DNA of 64,000 nt, taken from an uncultured Poribacteria bacterium. Lineage in GTDB: Bacteria; Poribacteria; WGA-4E; WGA-3G. The notes under the pieces were generated by a model. The model saw only the letters and a program-made list of their open reading frames with translations. It was not told the DNA's origin and searched no databases. Shown here in pieces: positions 55,491 through 64,000 of this stretch. Within the stretch, counting starts at the first letter, position 1. Every line of letters starts with the position of its first letter. A program made the position numbers and the translations under genes. Where the stretch lies: assembly GCA_951813565.1 (NCBI GenBank), contig OX638351.1, forward strand, positions 1,920,001 through 1,984,000, written 5' to 3'.

Positions 55491-55498
55491 ATGAAGAA

Positions 55499-57208
55499 AT
55501 GCGATATACCATCATCACGGTTCTTTTGCTAACGCTAATCTTTTTTGTACAGTATGGTGAAGCATTCCGATGTGGCACACCACACTTAAAAATGGATATG
55601 GCACCCGAGCTTTTGTCGGAGGTGGCAACCGCACCAGCACCGGCACTCTCCATCGGATTCCAACGCCCCTTCTTTGCTATTGACTTCGCAAGAAGACAAC
55701 AGTATACAATCAATGCAACGCTGCGGGCAAGCGGTCCCCACTGTTATATTTTCGTTGAAGATTCAGAATGGCAAGAAAACGTCACAGCACACACTGTTCA
55801 AACTATCCAAACAGCGTTTGAGATAGCAACTCCTGCTGACCCACAGCGCGGTATTTACGACATCTTAACGGAAAACTTCGGCGCGCCACCGGATATTGAT
55901 GGGAATCAGAAAGTTATCCTGCTCATCTTCAACATACGTGACATCAACATCCACCAAGCAACAGCCGGGTACTTCTTGCCGATTGATCAGCACAGAGGTA
56001 TGCTACACCATCCAACCCTCGGACCACTGCATAGTAACGAGGCAGATATCCTCTATATTAACTCCAAAAAGCAGCCAACGAATTCTGATGCGATTCAGTC
56101 TGTTATTGCCCATGAACTCCAACATCTTATCCACTGGAAGCATTCTCCAAAGGAAGAAACATGGATAGACGAAGGGTGTGCTGATTACGCAGCTTTTCAA
56201 TGTGGTTATAACCTTTATCAGCATATTAATGCTTTTCAGAAGACACCAAACATTTCATTGACCGACTGGACACAGATGAGTCAGACGAACCTGCTGGCAC
56301 ACTATGGTGCATCCTTTCTTTTTATGTTATATCTTCACGATCATTATGGTGGTGTACAGACTGTTACTGCGCTTGTTAAAAATCCTTTAGACGGGATTTT
56401 GGGGATTACACGCACGCTGCAGGCACGCGGCATGTCACGTCCATTCTCAGACATTTTCGCCGACTGGAAAGTCACAAATTACCTCACAACGTGGAGGCTC
56501 CTTGGAACTCTTGAAAAACCTTTCCGGTATCATACGTTGACACCAGTGATTCAACCGCTATTCACCCATGAAACCTATCCTGCTAACGAAAAAAATAAGA
56601 AACTTGCAAATTTTGCTGCGCATGCTATTGAATGTAAAGTTGCAGCATTAGATCAGGCAGGTCTAACCGTTGGCTTTTCTACACAACGTAATGCGAACGT
56701 AGACATCAAGGTTGCTTATTTACGTAACACAGGGGAGGTGCATATTGAATCATTACCCTTTAAAATTGCGGATGGGACCGCCTCATTAGATATTCCTACT
56801 TTTGGAAATGACGTGCAACGATTGATGCTTATTCCAAGCCTACAAGTTGAAAATCAAAGTTTTTCTCAGCAAACTATAACTTATAACTATGATGCGTTTG
56901 AAGGAAGTCTCGGCACCTATACCATCCACGTCCTTCCTAATCCCATTCATCCAAATTATTGGGAAGTTATTGCTGTTCCAAGCGAGGCAAAAGGTATACA
57001 TTCACTTACATTAACGCTCACATATCAAAACAGGAAACTTCTTGATGCAAAACCGATAGTGTATGTTGAAAATGGAGACAATGCTCTTTATCGATGCGTT
57101 TTTCATCTTAAATCTGATATTGAAACAGCAGCGGTAAATTGGAGCATCAGACGCGGTGACACTATTATTGACGAAGGAGTTCTGAATCAACCGATAACCG
57201 ATAACTGA
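55499..57208 (+). CDS. Secreted zinc metallopeptidase (M6/M30-like)
   Basis: Signal peptide; IAHELQHLI plus WIDEG. Confidence 0.8.
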   Translation: MRYTIITVLLLTLIFFVQYGEAFRCGTPHLKMDMAPELLSEVATAPAPALSIGFQRPFFAIDFARRQQYTINATLRASGPHCYIFVEDSEWQENVTAHTVQTIQTAFEIATPADPQRGIYDILTENFGAPPDIDGNQKVILLIFNIRDINIHQATAGYFLPIDQHRGMLHHPTLGPLHSNEADILYINSKKQPTNSDAIQSVIAHELQHLIHWKHSPKEETWIDEGCADYAAFQCGYNLYQHINAFQKTPNISLTDWTQMSQTNLLAHYGASFLFMLYLHDHYGGVQTVTALVKNPLDGILGITRTLQARGMSRPFSDIFADWKVTNYLTTWRLLGTLEKPFRYHTLTPVIQPLFTHETYPANEKNKKLANFAAHAIECKVAALDQAGLTVGFSTQRNANVDIKVAYLRNTGEVHIESLPFKIADGTASLDIPTFGNDVQRLMLIPSLQVENQSFSQQTITYNYDAFEGSLGTYTIHVLPNPIHPNYWEVIAVPSEAKGIHSLTLTLTYQNRKLLDAKPIVYVENGDNALYRCVFHLKSDIETAAVNWSIRRGDTIIDEGVLNQPITDN

Positions 57209-57212
57209 TTAT

Positions 57213-57356
57213 TATAGTGAAACCCATAATTATTTGGACATTTTGTTCTTATGCGGATTTCAAACACACGATAAATATAAGAGGCGCAATGAATTGCGCG
57301 ACTACAAACGCCGCTAACCTTAAGAAAATGTCCAGGTATTTTTAGATTTTACTATA
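57213..57356. mobile_element. TATAGT-type MITE shell
   Basis: TATAGTGAAAC...ATTTTACTATA; cargo GAGGCGCAATGAATTGCGCGACTAC. Confidence 0.7.
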
Positions 57357-57369
57357 AGAGGAGGTATAT

Positions 57370-58350
57370 ATGTCAAACACTCTTTATGCAGGAACAATTG
57401 GACAAAGCATTTGGCGAAGCACCGACATCGGTAAGACTTGGCATCGTGCCAGCAACGGTATTTTTCCAGAAGCAGATATACGCGCAATCGTTGTGCATCC
57501 GACAGATTCAAATACGCTCTATGCTGGCACTGAAAAAGGTATTGTCAAAAGCACAAATGGAGGCGATACGTGGAAACACATGCCAAGTGAGATGGACAGC
57601 CGCGAAGTTTGGTCACTTGCCATTCATCCGACTGCTCCAGATACACTTTATGCTGGAACTTGTCCATCCGCGTTTTTCAAAACAACAGACGGTGGGGATA
57701 CGTGGGCACAACTTGACGCGGAACTTGCTCAAGAATGTGAAGGTATTCCCATCATCCCACGTGTGACGACTATCATTATTGATCCAGAAGACCATGAAAC
57801 TGTCTATGCGGGAATTGAAATTGACGGGATGCGTCTTAGCACCGACGGTGGAAAAACGTGGGATAACCGAAGTGAGGGATTGAGCAGCTTGGATATCCAT
57901 GGACTGACGGTGGTTCCGGGTGATCAGAAAGCCGTTGTTGCTGCGACAAATAACGATGTTTGTATCACCACAGATATGCACAGTTGGACGCCGTTACAGG
58001 TTCGTAACCATTTTCCGTGGCCCTATTGCCGCGCGGCATTCTATCTGAACGGTGAAAACGCCAAGGTCTTTATTGGTGCTGGCAACGGTCCCCCCGGTGA
58101 CCAAGGTGGTATCTTTTATATGCAAGATACTGATGCTGCACAGGACGCTGAGGCGATTCGTTGGGATCGCTCTGATATTGGGATGACAGCGAATAGCACT
58201 ATTTGGTGTTTCGGCTATAATTCGCGTGTTAACGGATTGCTAATAGCCTGTAGTGTGAGTGGACAACTTTTCTTGAGTGAGGACAATGGCGGCTCCTGGG
58301 CGAAGTTGACACATGAATTCGGAGAGGTGCGCGCTTTGGCGGTCGCATAG
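57370..58350 (+). CDS. BNR/Asp-box beta-propeller protein
   Basis: Repeated STDxGxTW Asp-boxes; SD GGAGG; no signal peptide. Confidence 0.85.
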   Translation: MSNTLYAGTIGQSIWRSTDIGKTWHRASNGIFPEADIRAIVVHPTDSNTLYAGTEKGIVKSTNGGDTWKHMPSEMDSREVWSLAIHPTAPDTLYAGTCPSAFFKTTDGGDTWAQLDAELAQECEGIPIIPRVTTIIIDPEDHETVYAGIEIDGMRLSTDGGKTWDNRSEGLSSLDIHGLTVVPGDQKAVVAATNNDVCITTDMHSWTPLQVRNHFPWPYCRAAFYLNGENAKVFIGAGNGPPGDQGGIFYMQDTDAAQDAEAIRWDRSDIGMTANSTIWCFGYNSRVNGLLIACSVSGQLFLSEDNGGSWAKLTHEFGEVRALAVA

Positions 58351-58404
58351 CTAAATCAACACCGAATGCGTTTATGATATTTGGCTGATAAATATTTGCG
58401 GAAA

Positions 58405-58450
58405 AGTCCTTATGTGGTTGGTAAGGGTAAATACCACATAAGGACTGTTT
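58405..58450 (+). terminator. Hairpin, putative terminator
   Basis: AGTCCTTATGTGGT...ACCACATAAGGACT followed by GTTTT. Confidence 0.55.
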
Positions 58451-58720
58451 CACTATAACATCTATTTTACAACGTCATTGGAATGAACAGATTTAACTAA
58501 AAAAATTATATCTTGACTTTTTTCGACAATTTATGATAAACTTTTGGCAGTAGGTGGGTTGTGCGTTTAACTCAATCATTTGTTGGCAGACATAGGGTTT
58601 TGCCCTCCGCCAAATCATACAGAATACCACACGGCATTTGGCGTTGATTCCATCTAAAATACGCAGCACACGCACAGACGCCCTATGACAAAAGTTTAAT
58701 CAAGGAGGCATATCTCTATT

Positions 58721-59482
58721 ATGCGTTTTTTTAGTTTTCTATTGATACCTTTGCTCCTCATTTCAATCGTTGGATGTTTTAGGGGCGATAATATTACTAC
58801 TCCCCCATCTTTTAGCGAAGCAAAACGGATTGCTGTTACCCCTTTCCTCGCTGAAGGCGAAGAGACACAAGAACTTGGTAAACGAATTAGCAGGAATTTG
58901 GGAAATCATATAAAATTTATCCTGAAAGAAAATGAATGGCTTTTTGACGAGTCGCAAAAAGTTCAACCAGTAGGTGAAAAAGTTGCGGAACTCGGATTAA
59001 CCCTAAATGATGTTTATACGGATCCTGCTTTGGCGGCTAAAGTCGGGCAGGCATTGAATGTGGACATTATCATCACGGGAAAGATCGAAGAACCCACACT
59101 TAACCGAAGAGATTATAATGAGCATCTTATGCGTCAAGGTAGACAAACCGGTATTTCAGGTACATCTACTTACATCCGTACCCTCCAGGCTGCGGTCGGT
59201 AAAGTCCGTGTCAAGGCTATTGATGTACAATCAGGCAATATGCTCTATAACAATCAGATTCTTTCTCATCTTAAGTATTGGTTTGCTTATCAAACGCAGG
59301 CGAGTGGCCAAATAATTTTTAAGGAACCTGTGGATATGCTCGCGGATTTAGGGAATCATTTGCCACGCCGAATTGCGTATATGCTTTATCCAAGTGGGAT
59401 ATCGAAAGAGCCTGAAGATAAGGTTTTAGTGAAACCAGATATCGTTCTCAAAGGTACAGGCGGAATAGTTGAATTCAAGTAG
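58721..59482 (+). CDS. Lipoprotein, possibly CsgG/TolB_N-like fold
   Basis: Lipobox SIVG-C; RIAVTPF...GQALNVDIIITGKI...IDVQSG. Confidence 0.7.
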   Translation: MRFFSFLLIPLLLISIVGCFRGDNITTPPSFSEAKRIAVTPFLAEGEETQELGKRISRNLGNHIKFILKENEWLFDESQKVQPVGEKVAELGLTLNDVYTDPALAAKVGQALNVDIIITGKIEEPTLNRRDYNEHLMRQGRQTGISGTSTYIRTLQAAVGKVRVKAIDVQSGNMLYNNQILSHLKYWFAYQTQASGQIIFKEPVDMLADLGNHLPRRIAYMLYPSGISKEPEDKVLVKPDIVLKGTGGIVEFK

Positions 59483-59501
59483 AATTGCCTTAATGTTAAT
59501 T

Positions 59502-59660
59502 TATAGTAAAATCTGTAATTATCTTTACACTGCTGTAGCGTAAACTTTCAGTTTGCGCAAATACGACACAAACTAAAAGTTTGTGCTACAGGAAATGTGG
59601 TCGGAAATGTTTCTTACCTGGACCAATAGCAATGTAAAAGTAATTCTAAAATCTACTATA
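59502..59660. mobile_element. TATAGT-type MITE shell
   Basis: TATAGTAAAATC...AAATCTACTATA; cargo GTAGCGTAAACTTTCAGTTTGCGC and CACAAACTAAAAGTTTGTGCTAC. Confidence 0.7.
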
Positions 59661-59665
59661 AAGCC

Positions 59666-59708
59666 CAAAGGCGGGCGGAAGCTGCTGCTTCGGCCCGCCT
59701 TGTTTTTT
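59666..59708. terminator. Intrinsic terminator between convergent genes
   Basis: AAGGCGGGC.GAAGC-TGCT-GCTTC.GCCCGCCTT followed by GTTTTTT. Confidence 0.7.
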
Positions 59709-59729
59709 ATCCTAAGGTTCATGTTTTCT

Positions 59730-60212
59730 TTAATTATCTTCTATAGATGGTGTTGGATTACTATCTTGGAAGAATTCATTTATCTGGCGCGTATAGGCTT
59801 TACCGTGTTGCAGCAGTTGTAAAGATACATCGTAGAGTTCGGGGGCTGGGAGGCCCTCATAAGGGTTAGCTATTTTCTGATAACAAGTTAATGCGTGTTC
59901 AAAGAAATTTAGCGTTTCCAGATCAATTGCACCGCTCTCTTGAACTGCACGAAAGCCTTGGTATTTTTGGTAGGGAGGGGTCTTACCGCTAAATTCTATT
60001 ATAGCATTGTTTATGTCTACTGTCCGTTGCACAATCATCAGGAAGCAGCTTTTGATATAAGAATGTGTCAGTCTATCAGCTGTTACATATTCTTCTCTGT
60101 TTGCTGGAAGACCATTCTGCAATTGTCCGAAACATTCCTCCATATATGCCAATTTTGCTTTTACAGGATTAAACTGATGCTGTAGTATTTTCTTTTCTGA
60201 GGCTTTTGACAT
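59730..60212 (-). CDS. DUF86/HepT-like HEPN protein with degenerate catalytic motif
   Basis: QRTVDIN..I...PP...Y..F pattern; expected R-x4-H motif reads YQKIANPY. Confidence 0.6.
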   Translation of the reverse strand: MSKASEKKILQHQFNPVKAKLAYMEECFGQLQNGLPANREEYVTADRLTHSYIKSCFLMIVQRTVDINNAIIEFSGKTPPYQKYQGFRAVQESGAIDLETLNFFEHALTCYQKIANPYEGLPAPELYDVSLQLLQHGKAYTRQINEFFQDSNPTPSIEDN

Positions 60213-60321
60213 TGTATTCTCCTAAGGAATTATTTTTTTTGTCAAAATATGGTTTTTAAATTAGACGTTATTTTGGGGGAAAAGTTGGAAATCCCACTAA
60301 ATTTTCTGTGTTTCGTAAACT

Positions 60322-60595
60322 TAACGTGAGTTTGGTATAAGTCTATTTTTACGAATTGTCAGATTTTTCCATTGATTTTGCCTATTTTAAGGGTTTAAGA
60401 GGTAAAAATAGGTAAAACACGCTTTTATCTATGCCGAAACTCATGTTATACCATTTCAAAAAAATAACTTCTCTTAAAGAAATAGACCGTTCGTAGTTGC
60501 GCAATTCATTGCCAAATCAACGCCAAATACGCGTATGGCATTTGGCGCCTCTTACATTTTTTCAAAAGAGAAAATAATTCATAGAATTGGTATTA
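60322..60595. repeat. Two adjacent shells: TAACGTGAG type 60322-60448 and TATACCA type 60447-60595
   Basis: Terminal IRs; the second contains a REP split by the 34-bp mini-element. Confidence 0.55.
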
Positions 60596-60821
60596 TTTCT
60601 TACCCCGAGCCACGTTAGTATAAATCTGGAGAAAGTCTGTAAAAAATCTGCATGTGTTACGTGCAAAGACACAGCCGCGCATCCTGGACACAAGCACACT
60701 TGAACTGCCCTTCGCTCCAGGACAATACTTATGCCTGATAGTGCTGTCAATCAACGCAAAGAAAAAGGCAGATAACAAAAAGGATACCTGCCTGTCCAAA
60801 GAGCTGCCTCTGTTTACGGTT

Positions 60822-61799
60822 TTACTGCTTTATCTCGCCCCAGGTTACCGTTACTTTTTTTAGGTCTCCTTTTGGAGAGACAGAGAGCACATCGTCACTG
60901 ATCCAATCCATTGTGTAATCATCATCATCCGGTGTATTTGTCAGGTTGACGAGCTCTCCTGTCACAAGGTGATAGCTGTAGATGTCAAATTTATGATGCG
61001 GATTTTCTTTATCCCAATGTCTTCCAACAATTAACACCTGTTTAGATCCCATAAAGCATGTACTATAGATGTTCCAATTGTCAGGGGTATCTAAAATCTG
61101 ACGTTTGTCCGTGTTAATATTGTGAATGACAACTTTACTTGTAATAAACTCTCTATTCGCGTCGCGTATATCCTGAGAATACACAATAGATTGACTGTCG
61201 GGAGACCAGCGCGGACGGCTACCCCCTGTCCCAAGTGAACGGCGTCTTCTACCGTCGGCATCCATCAGATTGAAACGAGAGCCTTCTTGCCAGTAAACGA
61301 TATATGTGCCATCAGGAGACCAGGAAGGATGCAGAGCCACTTTTCCATCTATGCGTGTCAGTCGTCGCAGTGCTTTTGTTTCCAGATTTATCCGCCAGAT
61401 ATCACGTTGCGCCACTCCAGGTTTGGCAAGTCGATTACTTGAGAAGGCGATGTATTTACCATCTGGAGACCAAGTAGGGTAGTTCTCAAAAGTATCTTCG
61501 TCGGTGAACCGATATTCATCTGTGCCATCACTATTGATAATATATATAGCGGAAATTTGCGGCCAATTCGGTACCCCCGGAGGTTTTTTCGTAAAAGCGA
61601 TTTGCTTCCCATCAGGAGACCAAACGGGCCACCATCCGTCATCTGTTAACCTTTGGATATTACGCCCGTCATCGTCCATCACATAAAGTCCCGCGCCTGC
61701 ACCGCGGACGACCGATCTGAAAATGATTTTTGCGTGTGTGAGCGTTGGTAAGAATAAAAAGAGTAGCAAGCAGTAAAGGGGTATACGACGCATGATCAT
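60822..61799 (-). CDS. TolB-like (PD40) beta-propeller exported protein, copy 1
   Basis: Signal peptide (THA-K), P.WSPDG repeats, C-terminal TWGEIKQ. Confidence 0.88.
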   Translation of the reverse strand: MIMRRIPLYCLLLFLFLPTLTHAKIIFRSVVRGAGAGLYVMDDDGRNIQRLTDDGWWPVWSPDGKQIAFTKKPPGVPNWPQISAIYIINSDGTDEYRFTDEDTFENYPTWSPDGKYIAFSSNRLAKPGVAQRDIWRINLETKALRRLTRIDGKVALHPSWSPDGTYIVYWQEGSRFNLMDADGRRRRSLGTGGSRPRWSPDSQSIVYSQDIRDANREFITSKVVIHNINTDKRQILDTPDNWNIYSTCFMGSKQVLIVGRHWDKENPHHKFDIYSYHLVTGELVNLTNTPDDDDYTMDWISDDVLSVSPKGDLKKVTVTWGEIKQ

Positions 61800-61997
61800 T
61801 GTTCACCTCCATTAGACAGATGCACAAACTAAAAGTTTATGGGATAAGGTGCAGTTAGGAAACCGCACCTACCGGGTTTGGGAAAATTAGAATTACCGAA
61901 ATATTTTCTTAAACTTCATACAGTTTGTGGGACAACTTCTATTGTCCGTTATGTTCCAAAACAGGTTTATCAAAGTGTCTCAATAATTTCAAAGTTC

Positions 61998-62026
61998 ATT
62001 ATACTTATGCCTGATAGTGCTGTCAA
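61998..62026 (-). promoter_or_regulatory. Perfect sigma70 consensus promoter
   Basis: TTGACA-17-TATAAT on the minus strand; identical copy at 63269-63297. Confidence 0.75.
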
Positions 62027-62095
62027 TCAACGCAAAGAAAAAGCAGATATCTAAAAGGTACCTGCCTGTCCAAAGAGCTGCCTCTGTTTACGGTT

Positions 62096-63070
62096 TTACT
62101 GCTTTATCTCGCCCCACGTTACCGTTACTTTTTTGGGGTCTCCTTTTGGAGAGACAGAGAGCACATCATCACTGATCCAATCCATTGTGAAATCATCATC
62201 ATCCGGTGTATTTGTCAGGTTGACGAGCTCTCCTGTCACAAGGTGATAGCTGTAGATGTCAAATTTATGATGCGGATTTTCTTTATCCCAATGTCTTGCA
62301 GCAATTAACACCTGTTTAGGCCCCATAAAGCACGTACTATGGATTACCCAATTGTCAGGGGTGTCTAAAATCTGACGTTTGTTCGTGTTAATATTGTGAA
62401 TGACAACTTTACTTGTAATAAACTCCCTATTCGCGTCGCGTATATCCTCATGAGACACAATAGATTGACTATCAGGAGACCAGTCAGGACGTTCACCTCG
62501 TCCAAGTCTTTGAGGTCTGCGTCCGTCAGCAAGTATCAGATAGATACCATCACCTTCGTAAGCGATATATTTGCCATCAGGAGACCAGGAAGGAATCGAA
62601 TACCATTCGCCTTCGCGTGCGCGTGTCAGTCTTCGCAGTGCTTTTGTTTCCAGAGTTATCCGCCAGATGTCAATCTGCCCCACCCCAGGTTCGGCAAGTC
62701 GATTGCTCTCGAAGGCGATGTATTTACCATCGGGAGACCAGGTCGGGCCCCGCTCACGAGTATCTTCGTCCGTGAGCCGATATTCATCTGTGCCGTCATT
62801 ATTGATGATGTATATAGCGGAAATTTGCGGCCAATTTGGCACCCCAGGAGGTTCTGCTGTAAAAGCGATCTGCTTTCCGTCCGGAGACCACTCAGGCCAC
62901 CATCCATGTGATGCTGTCAACCTTTGAATATTACTACCGTCATCGTCCATCACATACAGTCCCATGCCTTCACCGCGGACGACCGATCTAAAAACGATTT
63001 TTGCGTGTGTAAGCATTGGTAAGAATAAGAAAAGTAGCAAGTAGTAAAGGGGTATATGACGCCTGATCAT
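62096..63070 (-). CDS. TolB-like (PD40) beta-propeller exported protein, copy 2
   Basis: Highly similar to copy 1. Confidence 0.88.
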   Translation of the reverse strand: MIRRHIPLYYLLLFLFLPMLTHAKIVFRSVVRGEGMGLYVMDDDGSNIQRLTASHGWWPEWSPDGKQIAFTAEPPGVPNWPQISAIYIINNDGTDEYRLTDEDTRERGPTWSPDGKYIAFESNRLAEPGVGQIDIWRITLETKALRRLTRAREGEWYSIPSWSPDGKYIAYEGDGIYLILADGRRPQRLGRGERPDWSPDSQSIVSHEDIRDANREFITSKVVIHNINTNKRQILDTPDNWVIHSTCFMGPKQVLIAARHWDKENPHHKFDIYSYHLVTGELVNLTNTPDDDDFTMDWISDDVLSVSPKGDPKKVTVTWGEIKQ

Positions 63071-63268
63071 TGTTCACCTCCATTAGACAGATGCACAAAT
63101 CAAATGTTTATGGGGTAAGGTGCGGTTAGGAAACTGCACCTACCGGGTTTGGGAAAATTAGAATTACCGAAATATTTTCTTAAACTTCATACAGTTTGTG
63201 GGACAACTTCTATTGTCCGTTATGTTCCAAAACAGGTTTATCAAAGTGTCTCAATAATTTCAAAGTTC

Positions 63269-63297
63269 ATTATACTTATGCCTGATAGTGCTGTCAA
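63269..63297 (-). promoter_or_regulatory. Perfect sigma70 consensus promoter
   Basis: TTGACA-17-TATAAT on the minus strand. Confidence 0.75.
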
Positions 63298-63368
63298 TCA
63301 ACGCAAAGAAAAAGGCAGATAACAAAAAGGATACCTGCCTGTCCAAAGAGCTGCCTCTGTTTACGGTT

Positions 63369-64000
63369 TTACTGCTTTATCTCGCCCCACGTTATTTTTT
63401 TTTTGTCCTGAGGTGAGACAGACAGCACATCATCACTGATCCAATCCAGCGTTTCATCCCTGCCCGGATGGTCTGTTAACTGCGTGATCACTTGTGTTCG
63501 TATATGATACTTATAGATATTAGCAGGCGGGAACTCATCAGGAGGTGGCGCCCGTTCGTTTAGTGGCAGCCCGACAAAAGCACTGAAGACAACGGAGTTG
63601 CCGTCATCCATCCAGTCAATAGTTAGCGGTCGCCAGTCCTTCGGTATCCGAAGCTGTTTGATGTTTTCTCCGTTGCGATCACAAATCAGATACCGATGTG
63701 CCTTGTAGATGAGCGCAAGGGCAAATCCGTCTCGTGGTTCCCAGACATATTCGTGATGTAGATAGACGATCTGTTTACCATCAGGTGACCAGCGCGCGGC
63801 TTTGAAGTGTCCCTGTATGGGTGGACGCAGTAGTTTTCGTGGATTATGGCCATCCGCTCCCATTATCCAAAGCGTTCCACCTACATCCCCAACGACCCCT
63901 GGCTTTGAGAACACAATCAACTTGCCATCGGGTGACCAATCACAGAAGGTTGCACTGACATCCGCGATCTTTTTTGTCTCCCCCGTTTCAATATTCAACA
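63369..64000 (-). CDS. TolB-like beta-propeller protein, copy 3 (5' end beyond window, more diverged)
   Basis: WSPDG repeats; ends DWISDDVLSVSP...ITWGEIKQ. Confidence 0.85.
   Translation of the reverse strand, partial: LNIETGETKKIADVSATFCDWSPDGKLIVFSKPGVVGDVGGTLWIMGADGHNPRKLLRPPIQGHFKAARWSPDGKQIVYLHHEYVWEPRDGFALALIYKAHRYLICDRNGENIKQLRIPKDWRPLTIDWMDDGNSVVFSAFVGLPLNERAPPPDEFPPANIYKYHIRTQVITQLTDHPGRDETLDWISDDVLSVSPQDKKKITWGEIKQ

Noticed and set aside
60822..63070. Diversity-generating retroelement (TR/VR) as the cause of TolB copy differences
   Set aside because: Differences include indels and do not appear adenine-specific; no reverse transcriptase in the window.

Overview
This is a 64 kb bacterial chromosomal segment spanning the replication origin: rpmH <- dnaA - oriC - [IS] - recF - dciA - gyrB - gyrA, with no dnaN or rnpA nearby. 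Housekeeping content includes tRNA-Pro(GGG), hom, yceD-rpmF-fabH-fabD-fabG-acpP-fabF-folK (no plsX), sucC and sucD 9 kb apart, pgk, proS, panB, hisI-trpE-trpG and ispH. Interspersed are solo nuclease and TA-like genes, two glycoside hydrolases, an ECF sigma-TM-WD40 fusion, two intact IS elements and a tandem array of TolB-like beta-propeller genes ending in TWGEIKQ. The gene styles suggest Candidatus Poribacteria (inference only). Main observations: (1) a nested three-tier intergenic repeat system, in which a ~34-bp hairpin mini-element inserts into GTAG-type REP hairpins that are carried as interchangeable cargo in several MITE-like shells; (2) an unannotated His/Trp leader peptide with an attenuator upstream of hisI-trpE-trpG; (3) an oriC with DnaA-trios but non-canonical boxes, matched by an altered DnaA recognition helix; (4) gyrase residues predicting quinolone and aminocoumarin insensitivity; (5) an Rpn-like gene with an internal SD+GTG start; (6) tandem terminator-promoter-gene cassettes. 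All calls were made by eye from the sequence; no searches were run.
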